Below, one piece after another: positions 37,651 through 50,400 of a DNA stretch of 64,000 bases; positions within the stretch are counted from its first letter, which is position 1; the number at the start of each line of letters is the position of its first letter. A program made the translations under genes and the position numbers. The notes under the pieces are model-generated. The model saw only the letters and a list, made by a program, of their open reading frames with translations. It was not told where the DNA came from and did not search any database. Source of the DNA: Lingula anatina (Eukaryota > Animalia > Brachiopoda); NCBI GenBank assembly GCA_051362555.1, contig CM120647.1, positions 18,328,651 to 18,392,650 on the forward strand, given 5' to 3'.

Positions 37651-40488
37651 ACACACACACCTACCCTCCAGTAGAAACTCCATTCCTCACAGTTCCAGAA
37701 AATGCACGTTGTTCGCCTTGAGAAAGCGCCGTTACAACGCCGCCTTTTTGGATGCCCCCCATGCTGTGAACAGCAGCCCGGCAAACGGCGGAATTCTGTA
37801 GGACAAAGAATAGAAATAGTGTGTTAATGTGTGATTGTGACGATGTTAATAATCCTAGACGTTTACACGGTTGCGAATATGTGTGCATAGCACGTGTGTA
37901 TGCTAATGCAAGCCCGTTCGCGGGCGCGTAGTCCTTTTAAATTTGCTTAAACATTGCTTACGTTGTAGAAAAAAAAACACCCTGTTTAGTGTAGGCGCAT
38001 TGGTTAAGATATGTGACTGTGTGTAACAAAAGAACGAAATATTTTCAATGTAGTGAATTCTAGGTATAGACTTCCACAATGAAAAAGTAATTTTAAATTA
38101 ATAGTTCTACTTGTTCATTGTAACTTACATTATGGTACATTGCAGAACCCCAGACGCCACCGCCACGTGCACAACCCGACCGACACTGCACCCTGAAAAT
38201 CACAAAACATTGTTATTTGATAGATGAGTTAACCGAAATATTGCAGTCTGATCGAATTGCTCTTTCTCCAAAAACTAAGAAAGAGAGGGAGTTTTTTTGT
38301 GGATGATTAAAAGTTATAAGGGAACTCCTCTTAATTATCTTTATATACTTATCAAATACTAATTTCTTTTATTCATTATTCCTTTTCCATCATTTCTTCC
38401 ACCACGTGGATTATGTTTTTGCTTTTGTTAATTTGTTGGTTTGCTAGTTACCTTAAAACTACGAGTCGATTTTGATTAAGTTTTCAGGATAGGACTGAAA
38501 TGGGGATAATCTACACGTGCAATCGATCAGACTTCATTGATTAAAGGGATAATAACTTTTCGTATGAGATCTATATTTCACAATAAATATATTGTAAACA
38601 ACTCTAGAAAAACATAATATATTCTTTTTTGCCACAAAAACGGCAGTTGTAGCAACAAATCTGAAATATATGCTTGCCATCGGACCACGTGACCTCCATT
38701 GTCTCTGTTAAGAGATTATTACCAAAAAAAAACTTTTTAGAAAAAAAAAAAAAAAACAGGGACTAACTTTGAACGTAGAAATGGATTCATTAACCACTGG
38801 TAAATATGAGAAAATTGCTGTTTACACCAGGAAAATTCATTTTTTGGCCAAAATGAACAGTTGGTATCCTTTTAATCACGAAATAATCCTAGAAATGAGG
38901 TGCCTTGGCGGAGGTCTCTGCACCTCGGAGTTCTTCTTAAGTTTATTTAAAATTTTCCTTACTTGCATTCGTCGTTCCCAAATCGATGTTTACATGTGTC
39001 GGCCCATTTTACGTGGCAATCAAGGTCCAGAGCGCATCCCAACTGGCCCTCAGTGACGTTAACACAGGTCTGGTATGGCTCACACTTAATACCGGCAGCG
39101 GCGCATGCGTCATTGGCCTCGGCAAAGCTGAATGATTCTGCATGACGCCTATGGTATCTGTCCACAGAATAATAAAGTTTTTAGGACAGATTGATTACAA
39201 CAATGACGTTACAAAATGGATCAAGGCTGTCATAAAAGAATATTTCTAACGATAATATATAGGGTTAATTTGTTCGTGATGCCGTCCGAACCCCTCTCTA
39301 TGCAAAAAACCTCCTGGCAAATATGGTGCAATCCGGTAAAGATCTGATAAAACCAACTGCACATAAATGCTCTTAAATATGAGTAATACTTTTTAAAAAA
39401 TTATATCTTCTTACCTTTATTTTATAAGATCATAAGACTACCCGACTTATTTTCGGGTACAGATGTAGGGGAGATTTTGGGGCGATGGTTAGTTGGAGTG
39501 AAATCAAACCCTCTTCCGAAATCATGGATCTATCCCAGGTCTTGAATAAACTTTGTCTCAAATCACTCTGTAATTTATAAGCAATAATATACCTACCCTC
39601 CAGAGGAAACTCCATTCCTCACAGTGCCAGCAAAAGTAAGTTGTTCTCCTTGAGAAAGCGCCGTTACAACGCCGCCATTTTGGATGCTCCCTATGCTGTG
39701 GACAGCAGCCCGGCAAACGGAGGAATGCTGTAGGTCAGAGAATAGAAATAGTTTGTATTAACATATTAAAATATGTGTGAATGTGTCAGTGCTAAAAACC
39801 TATTTGTTTACACGGTTGAGAATATGTATGTGCCTTTGCTTGTATTCATGCTAATGGAAGCCAGTGCTTGGGCCCATTTTTGATTTAATATTGTTTACGT
39901 CGTAGGAAAAAACACCATGTCTATTGTAGACCTACACTTTCTTGATAATTTATGTGGCTGTGTAAAAAAATAACAAAAATATTTTTAATGTGGTGAGTTT
40001 TAGGTATAGGCTTTGACAATTAAAAAAGGTACTCTAAAATTGGCAGTCCTACTTGTTAATTGTAACTTACATTATGGTACATTGCAGATCCCCAGACGCT
40101 ACCGCCACGTGCACAACCCGGGCGACACTGCACACTAAAATTATTACATAAAAAATTCTAACTAAACAGATTAATTAATCGAAATATTGCATTCTGGACA
40201 GATTGCCGTGTTTCTCAATCGCTTTTAGAAAGAGGGGGGAGTTTTCGTTAATGATTCAAAGTGAAAAGTAAACTCCCCATAATTAAATATAATAACATAA
40301 ATTGAGAGAGAGAGAGGTCGCATTCAGAACAGTGGACTAACTAGTCCGCGGGTCAAATATGGCGACCCGCTTAAAAGCTTGCCGTCTAATCCCCTAATAG
40401 ACACTGAACAGGTTCCCCGTGGGGAAGTATTCAAGTGGGTCGTTCATATTTGACCCTCGGACTAGTTAGTCCACTGTTCTGAATGTGG

Positions 40489-40540
<52 letters not shown>

Positions 40541-43500
40541 TTTTGGAGAAGGACATGTGCTCTATCAACTCACCTGCACGGCTCATCTCCAAAACGGTGT
40601 TTACAGGTTTCGGCCCAGCGGACGTGGCAATCCAGAGCAATCACACAGCCCAACTTCCCCTCGCTAACCTCCACACAGGACTGGTAGGGTGCGCACTTGA
40701 TTCCAGCATCAGCGCATGCCTTGCCCGCCTCGGCAAAGCTGAACGACTTGGGCCAACGTCGATGATATCTGAGAATGGATAAATAAATATGTTGATTTTC
40801 CTTCGTGTGAACTATTTACCCTTCTTTTTTGCTCGTTATCTGTTCATGTATGACACTTTTAACTTCATTTTGACCGATTTCTTGTTCTAAATTTTGTTTA
40901 TGTAGATATCTTCAAGTTTGTTTCGCTATTTAATGAAACGTGAATCCACAAAATACACTTTTCCCTGTTTGAATATTTGCACCAACTTCATAAAGCAATA
41001 GTCTAAACCAATACATTTTCACTTCAAAAGGCATAAAATTTAAAAAGAAGACATAAAACCTACCCGCCTGAGCCGACGCCATTTCTCTCTATCCCTGGGA
41101 AGTTGAGTTGTTCACCTTGAGGCAGAGCTGTTACGACGCCGCCTTCTGACATGGTAGAGATAGCATGGACAGCAGCTCGGCAAACGGACGAGGTCTGGAG
41201 GTAAATATGACAAATTTAAAGAAACGATATTTATCAGCAGATCACAGAGAATTCTCTTCACTAGATATTCATTGAAATTTCTCCTATGCGATAGATTTCG
41301 CATGTCTGTATTGTTAAACTGCGATGACTTCTGCACAAAAATAGCGTCATCATCCAACTGGTCTCTGTTATGAGTAACAAATTTAATCATCTTACAAAAT
41401 ATTAAGAATAAATTTTGTTTGCACACGTGCGCACTTTTGTGTGTGTGTGTGTGAGCGCATGTGCGTGTACGTGTGGGAGAGTGACAAGAAAATTTTCACT
41501 GTATGCATATGTATGGAGCGTTAATATTCATGTTTGTGTGCGTGTACAGCAAAAAAACTCACGTTAAAGTAAACGTCAGCGCCGACAACACCTCCTCCAC
41601 GACTACAACCCTCTGGGCACATCACCCTATAAGTAAAATAATGAAACTTAAATGAAAATTTATGAAAAACGAAATTTAATCAGATCCCCATGATGGATTT
41701 TTCAACTTAGGCCTACTTGATATGAATTAATATTTTGATGTTTCAAAATGTTACGGTGTCTATAATCATCTGTTATTATTTAATTATTTTTGTAGCTATT
41801 GTTTTTTCCTTTTTTAATACCACTGATGTTAAGTGCATCAAGATTTTCATCACTTAAGGGTTTAAATGGCGGGAATCACGTAAATTTCCATTAAATCCAC
41901 GTTCACTGAAAGCACGTATTTAGTTAATGTGACCTGATTCTGGGGACATCCTATGGAGAAACCGTAAATAATTTGTCCTAAAATGCAGTGACATACTTGC
42001 AAGCTTCAGCTCCAAAATTATGTTCACAGATCTGGCCCCAATTACTGTAACAATCAGTTGCCAAGGCACAGGCAAGTTTTCCGTCTCCGACATCGGCGCA
42101 AGTTTGGAAAGGCTCGCATTTGAGGCCAGCCTCTGCGCATGCGCTGGTGGTCTCCAGGAAACGGAAGGTTTCTCCCCATCCTCTGTGATTTCTGGAAATG
42201 GTTCAATTGAAATGCGTTTATTAAACTTATCTTGAAGGTGGGCGAATTTTTGGTATCAAATATAGAGCTTGGCTAATTGAAAATTTTTAATTGACTTTAT
42301 AGATATTGAAATATTGATACAACTTATTTTGAAGAGAATTCTACGGTCCTGGAAATGAATTGATATACCGGCGTTTAAGAGCACAGCAGGTGAATTATTT
42401 GTCCAAAATCAATTTCATTTTATAACTAAGAACCGAATTAAACCTAAACATACATTATTTCAAAGAGGAGAGAGAGAGAGAGAGAAACGAACCTTCCAGA
42501 GCCGGCGCCATTTCTAACTAGGCCAGCGAGGTAGTTTGTCGCCCCTTGGGGCACCGCCGTCACTACGCCGCCCTCGTTCTGGCTAGCAATGGCGTGCACC
42601 GCGGCCCGGCAAACAGCTGATCCCTACAGAAAAACAATAATATTCACTTTTATAGAACTTATTATTGTATGGATGCATATCAACAGACGGGCAGACAGTC
42701 AGACAGGCAAACAGACAGAGAAACGGACTACCAGCGGAACATGCGTAAACATTTAAACGCATGCGTGCATAAATTAGAACAAATATTACCAGATTAAAAA
42801 AGTATGGCATACTTTTTGACAGGTGGGGTACGAGTTCATGTAGTCTTATAAATACAGAGGTTAAGAAAACTCACATTGTGGTACACATCTGCTCCATATA
42901 TGCCACCGCCTCTAGAGCACCCTGCTTGGCACAACACTCTGAAATAAAGCAAACATATTTGTTTTATATTTTAACAATCAAATAGATTTTTTAAAAATCA
43001 AAATTACTTACATCGCCATGGTTAGCCAGTTGTGACAAAAATTGGTACTTCTACCAGAGGCACAGATTTTTTTTTTTTTTACTAAATACATTTACGTTGT
43101 TTCTTATGCTATCTATTCATAACCAGTTTAAAATTGACGCCATGAACTAGTTGAGTCCCTATTAGTGAGTAAAAAGCTGTGAAAGTGGCCAGAGAGTACG
43201 TGTTACTAGTAACAGCTCAGTGCCAAAGTGTTCCACGGCAGACTCACTTGCATTCTCCTTGTCCGAAGTGATACTTGCAGGTGTCTGTCCACTTGGCATA
43301 ACAATCTAGCTGCATAGCGCAGCCCAGTTTGCCGTCTTTGTCTTCAGCACAGGTCTGGAAAGGTTCGCACTTAATACCGGCAGCGTCACAGGCGCTCGCG
43401 GTTTCGGCAAAACTGAAGGTTTCGGGCCATCTTCTGTGGAACCTGTCGAAACATAAATATTTTAGATTAGTTTAAATCATGGCGATTGTTAATAAATGAA

Positions 43501-46345
43501 GTGATTATGTATACAATTATCTTTAAGTCTATATCTTGGCATCATCCATGAATAAATCAGTAGCATACACAAAAGGAAATATCGGTAGGCATATTCTCTG
43601 AATAGCCTGAGAGGCTGTCGTTTTCACGTCAACAATATTAAAAGAGTAGTATTATATTTTTTAGTGTTTTTATGAGGTTATAGTGTATAGCCAACAATAC
43701 TTTCATCCAATTCTACAGAAACAAAATGGTATTTGCAATAAAAAACGTGATGATTATTCATCTGGATGGATCGTACATAAAAGGAAAAATAGATGGCAAA
43801 TTTCTCGCAGAAACTACCCTATTTCGTCTTACCATTCTAGTGGCTTTAATACGCCATTTTTGCGATTTTCGCCATTTTCCACAAGTTCCAATAATGTTCA
43901 GGTTGCAATAATTAATTATATTAATAGCAACGTTCTTGTGGAAAGAAAAGGGGGGGCTGAAAAGCGACCTACCTCCCAGAGCTAACGCCATTTTTAGCCA
44001 TCCCGGACAAATAAAGTTGTTCGCCTTGAGGAAGTGCGGTCACAACACCGCCTTCTTTCATGTCTGCGATTGCATGTATGGCAGCACGGCAGACAGCAGA
44101 ATTCTGTAATGAAAGAAATGCAATGAATTGTGAAAGTTACCTTTTTTAATTGTTCTTATTCGGTACGACAAGGAGAAATTTACAAAGTGCGATCGATGCA
44201 ACAAACGCAAAAATCGTCTCCAGAAACACACTCGAAGCAATTTAAATAGTACTTGGGGTACATCAACTATCTGCCACGTCACATATTTTCTAATTGTTAC
44301 GAAATTTAATGAAAGTGCACTTTTGCAACAACTACAAGATCTCTGGTATAGAGTAGGACAGGCCTTAAGTTTTCAATGAAACAAACACCACTTACATTGT
44401 GATAAACATCCGTTCCCCAAACGCCTCCGCCGCGTGTGCATCCTGAGGGACATTTCACTCTGTCAGAAAGAAACGAACATAATCAACATCTTAGTTTTGC
44501 TGCGAAATTCAGATCGAAAATATGTTCTAAAAATCTTAGGCCTGAATTTCAGTCTAATTTGGGCCATGACACCATCGTTCTACGAAGACCTATCAAACTC
44601 TGGGACTCTTGCTGAATGCAATCAGAGGAACCATGGACAAAATTTCGAAATTTTATCCTTGGATTAACAGAATAACACGCCTCATCCTAACGTCGAGTTA
44701 AATACAGGAAACTGTTTATCACACGATTAAGTTGGAAGTAAGAGGAATCGTGTTAAAAAGAGTATCAAAAAATCTGCAAATGAATATTTCGAAATCAGTA
44801 TTACTATTATACAACTAAACCACCTTCGATTATACTTATGAACAAAGCATGTCATTTGAGTATTAAATTCAAAATATGTTCTGAAATCAAAATAACATCT
44901 TACGGGCAAGGTTTATCGCCGTAAAGATGTTTGCAGGTATCAGCCCATTTCACCCAACAATCCAACTGCATGGCGCACACAGGAGGTTCTTTCTCTCCCA
45001 TTTCAACACACGTCTCGTGAGGGGCGCATGTCAAGCCGGCAGCCGCGCAAGCGCTAGTTGTCTCCACGAAAGCGAAGGATTCATCCCATTTTCTGTGGAA
45101 GCTGTAAAGAAAAGATTTATTTATTTATTTATTCAATCATTTATATATTTATAAAATTAGATGAAATAAAATTAATTACAGTGTTATTTAAAAATGGAAT
45201 AAAGCCTGTGGCCATATTTCAATAAAGGCTAAGGAACAGCATTTTCAATAATAACAAACCATTCTGGCCTAACTCCTTGGGAACTGTTATTAAGTGCTAC
45301 AAATTATTAAAATTCACACATTTGGCGTTTTAAATACGAATTTTAAAAACAGAAGTTGCTCTTTCCACGTGAACCTGTACTCAACAAAAAGAGGAAGAAC
45401 TCCAAACGTACGGGCTTTTTCCATCAACAGCATGTAATGCAAATGAGATATAAATTCATGAAATAAAGAAAATCCTGAAACATAAAAGACATTTTGAACG
45501 TAGAACCTATTAATATAAAATATAAAATAAATGACTTACTTTCCGGAACTGACGTCGTTTCTAACAGAGCCAGGGAAAGTGAGCCGTCCTCCTTGAGCCG
45601 TTGCCGTGACAAGGCCCCCAGTTTTCATTCCTGAGATCGCATGGACAGCTGCTCTACACACTGCCGAGGTCTAGACATTGGAAACAAAATTAACAGTTCT
45701 TTTTTCTGATTCTTTATTGATTATTAATAAACAGAAGCGCGTTTTCATTAGTATAATAGCATTTACCAGCGATATCAAAAAGGAAAAGGCATAACTGTTT
45801 TTTTTTCTCTTTTCCTTTTTTTTCGGTTAAAATTACATATGTATTTACACATTCAGTTCAGGAGACAAATACAGGTTCTTTAATACTATTACTGGGACTG
45901 TAGAGTTGAAACGAAGGCGATTTTTCCCTCTGTGACCAGTCAAAGTCCTTGTGATAATTCCAGTAAAAGCTGATAAATATACAGACACCATGCCGCAGTG
46001 CAATAAAAATTACAATAAAAAATTGTGATAAGGACATTACGTTCTGTGCGTCGTCTGCGTACTTCCAGTAAAAGGTGGCAAATATACAGACAACATGCAG
46101 CGATGCAATATAATATGTTCTAGAAATTAATAAATGAAATGGAAAATGTGTTAATTAATAAAAGCATCTTAACAAACTATCTCAACTTGATTTATATATT
46201 TATCTTCATAAAAATAAAAACGTATCCTTACATTGGTGTAGACGTCACTTCCGTGGACCGAGCCTCCTTTGACACACCCAGCTGGACACTGAACTCTGGA
46301 GGGAGAAATTAACAGTCTTAACTGGGAGAATATCTTTTATATTTA

Positions 46346-46390
<45 letters not shown>

Positions 46391-47418
46391 AGTGTGTGTG
46401 TGTGAATATTATCATCAGGTAGAACTACTAGACTTAGGGATACGATAGATCAGACAGACTTCGCCTTTCTTGACTATAGAACTGGAGCAACCGAGGCTAT
46501 AAAAAAAGCTATTATGATGCGAATGGGAAATCCTACATGCATCGTTGAAAAACAGGTCAGGAGTTTTTTAGGCGAGGCAATGGAAACTATTCCTACCCAT
46601 ATGGCTCTAAAATGAGGGGACCAGTCGATCCAAACCTGGTGAAATGAATTCATTACTACGCAAGTTCCAGAACTTAGTTTATAAATGTTCACAGCAATAA
46701 ATATAGCGGAAATAGTTTTTCAAACATTTAATAAGGCTTCTTCCAATAAAACGTGTTTAGGACGACGTTCATCCACGTGATTATCACGGAAATCTTAAGA
46801 AAAAAACTTTGTAATAACGCTTTTGCCACGTGGTAGTCGCAACTGCCACGTGGTAGTCATGTGACCTTCACGTGGCATGCTTGGTTCGTTTGAGTGGATT
46901 TTAAAACATGTTAACTAGGGAATAAGGCTTTACATGACTGAGGTTGACACACTAATTGTCAAGGTGGGCAATGAATTACTAAAAAGGAAAGACCAGTTTT
47001 GCTGTTGCTTGAACGAAGATATTTACCTGCAGTTATCCTCTCCATGCTGAAATTTGCAAGTGTCCGACCAACGGGAGTAGCAGTCGACGGCCATGACACA
47101 GCTCTTTTTCCCATCCTCGTGTACGTGACAGGTTTGGTGAGGTTCGCAATTGAGTCCGGCCTCCTTGCAAGCGCTGGTGGCTTCCGCGAAGCTGAAAGTT
47201 TCTGGCCAACGCTTGAACATCCTGTTTAAAAAATAGGGATGATTTTTAGTTTAATAGAGGTGCGCAAAAGGTGGTCATAACAATTGCTATGTTTTGCATA
47301 GATAACTAGATGGTGTTGATGGGTAGCCATTGCATATCCCCGCACTTCCTCGTATTGTAAAGAGTAGCTCTCCCTCAGGGACCCCATTCCCGTGATACCT
47401 ATTACAATGCCTGGGTCC

Positions 47419-47457
<39 letters not shown>

Positions 47458-50400
47458 GGTATTTCAAATTTTCAACTAAACTAAACTAATACAAACCTTC
47501 CTGTGGTCACTTCATTTCTGACAGTGGAGGCAAAGTGCACCTGTTCTCCCTGAGGAAGTGCTGTTACCACGCCTCCTTCATTGAGATCAGGTACTGCATG
47601 GACAGCAGCACGACACACGGCGGACACCTACAGAGGACAGATGAGAATGTCGTTCTCATGATATTTTAAATTTTGATTTAAATTTTTAAGCCCTTAATTT
47701 TACTGGTTATTTTCTTTCAAAATTTGTCAATTTAAAACACAAAGAAAAAATTTGGTAACTTACTTTTCAAAACGTTACGAACCAATTTTTTTTTTTTATG
47801 AAAATGTACTTTGGCGGATTTTGTAACTCAGATTTCTCAAAACTGTTGAGCACTCATCATATGCTAGGGTCAGCACTTTTCCAGTTTTCTAGACTAGCTT
47901 TCATGTGCCAAAAAGGCAAATTTTTAAATATTTGGAACCCTAACGTAAAAATATTTTTAAAAGCATTTAAAAAAACTTACATTGCTATAAATGTCAGTTC
48001 CCCATACACCTCCTCCGCTTTTACATCCGGAAGGGCAAATGACTCTGAAAAAGTACAGATTTTGTTATTAACGTCTTCTTTCTTTTACATCGGGCCATAG
48101 CCTTGGTCACATTTAAAACACATTCTCATGTTGATTTTTTTTCCTTTATAGATAATATAGAGAACATTAAATCTCATACTGGACTATAGATCGCGGTTTA
48201 AAGGTGCACACCGCGGGATTTCCTGATATAAAGAAATTTTAGGGGTTCTCTTCAAGCGTCTGAAAATCCCCCAGCCATATATGTGTTCTGTAAAGCTTCT
48301 TATATTTCTTATTTTAGACGCTTATGACTATCAAACCCTTTAAATAAAAGTTCATCAGAAGCGCACCTAGTGCTGTTATTATTTTTTCAGCATTCTCAGG
48401 TAGCCATTGCCAGCTTGTAACGTTTGTCTTATACAAAGTGCCGCGTTACAAACAAGGCAATGCGCGTGGCGGCAGATGTCTTTCTATTTGACCAGCCAGT
48501 CATTTAAAACATAGGTGTTTAATTAAATTGGAACAACAAATCTAAGTGCAGGATCGGGTCAAGCAAAAAATGGAAAATTCATTTTGGCGAAAAAAATCCC
48601 GTGGAGAGCATCTTTAACCTGTAACAACTTAGTCCTTAGTCTTAATCCTACACACCTGCAGGGACCGTCGCCATAGTGAGATTTACACGTTATGCCCCAG
48701 TATATTCTGCAGTCCAGCTGCAACACACAGCCCAGTTTTCCGTCACCGACATCTTGGCAGGTTTGTTCAGGGCCACAGGGTGTGCCTGCAGTTGCGCATG
48801 CGCTGGTGGTCTCCACGAAACTGAAGGTCTCCGGTTTCGGCTTGTAATACCTGAATTATGATGAGTGAAAATGAGTAGAGAATTTAAGAGTTTAATCAAC
48901 ACCACTGATATTGATATTTATTATTTCTATTAATTTCACCATCATTAAAAATATCATAAAGGGGCATAATTAATACTTGTTACTGCGTCGTAATATTTAT
49001 TTTAAAATGTAACATTTACATATATAAGCCCTTTAATATTTCTGTAGCAAAACTTTTTTACTTAAAAAATCTTCAGTTAAATATTTCTCAAAAAGTAATG
49101 ACAAAAAAGGGACAAAGACGCATGGGGCGAATGGTTTTGACGGAAAGCGCAAGGCAATAACAATTTCAATTCTTATGATCTACAACACTGCATATACATC
49201 ATTAATGATGAAATAAAAGGTCAATACATACGCTCCTGAACCAATTTCGTTCCTGACGGTGCCGGCGAAGCCTTGTTGTTGTCCTTGACTGAGTACATTG
49301 ACAACGCCGCCATTTTTCATGTCTGGAATGGCGTGCGCCGCAGCACGACAAACTGCCGAGTTCTGGAACATATATTTTGTTCAGTAAAAAAGTTGATTGA
49401 CCAAGAGATTAAACTAAATTAATTGATTAATTAATGGTAAATTAAACGTTTTATTTAATTCTTAATTTATTAGGCACACATTTATTGAATAGACATTGTA
49501 TTGCCCATACGTGTTTATAACACTGACAACAGTTAGTAATCGTCAGTAATCTTATGTATTGGCCAATGACTTACGCTTGTGTAGATATCAGAGCCATAAA
49601 TTCCTCCTCCGTTTTTACAACCCTCAGGGCATAATACTCTGAAAAGAATACATCAGGAAAGATGATTGATCTTGAAGGATATGTAGACTAAAAAAACTTT
49701 AAAAAAAAACATAACTTTGGGGAATTTTCAAACGCAGACAGCATACCTTTGAGAACAGCACAACAGAGTTTATCTATTCAGTCATTTACACTGAAACCCT
49801 CACCTGCACTTTTCCTGACCGTAGCGTACTTTACAGCTGTCCTCCCACGTCTGTCTGCAGTCCAAGGACAGGACACAGCCAAACTGACCGTCACCAAGAT
49901 CCTGACAGGTCTCGAACGCCTCACATCCTCCGCATGCCTCAGAAGAACGCGCGATGCTGAAGCTTTGATCTATGTCACCGTAATGACTTAACAAATAGAA
50001 CAAATTCGGTTATACAAAATTTGAAATGACTCAAACAGCGCAGACCTCCCCCCCCCCCCCCCAAAAAAAAAAAGAAAGACGATGTAATCCATCGGGAATA
50101 TTGGGATACCCGAGTTCAGTTTAAACTTGTAATCATTTCTAACCCTGTATACTCTAAAATCGATTCAATAAAATTTATGAAGAACTGTTTGAGAAATTAT
50201 ATCCATTTACAAACAGGCAAACCATCGCCGTTGAAAATGTACCCTCTTTCGTTGGGTTGGTAATGAAAAAAAAAAGAAGGAAAAGATTTGTATATGTGAA
50301 ACACCCACCCCATAGTACCAACACCATTCCTGTGTGTTCCAGCTAGTGAAGCCTGTTCTCCCTGAGCGACGACGGTGACGATTCCACCCTTGGCGAGATC

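Noticed and set aside
40483-40782. Poly-ER/RE ORFs (also 6176-6517 and poly-CV/HT ORFs)
   Set aside because: Translations of (GA)n or (CA)n microsatellites and antisense of real exons.
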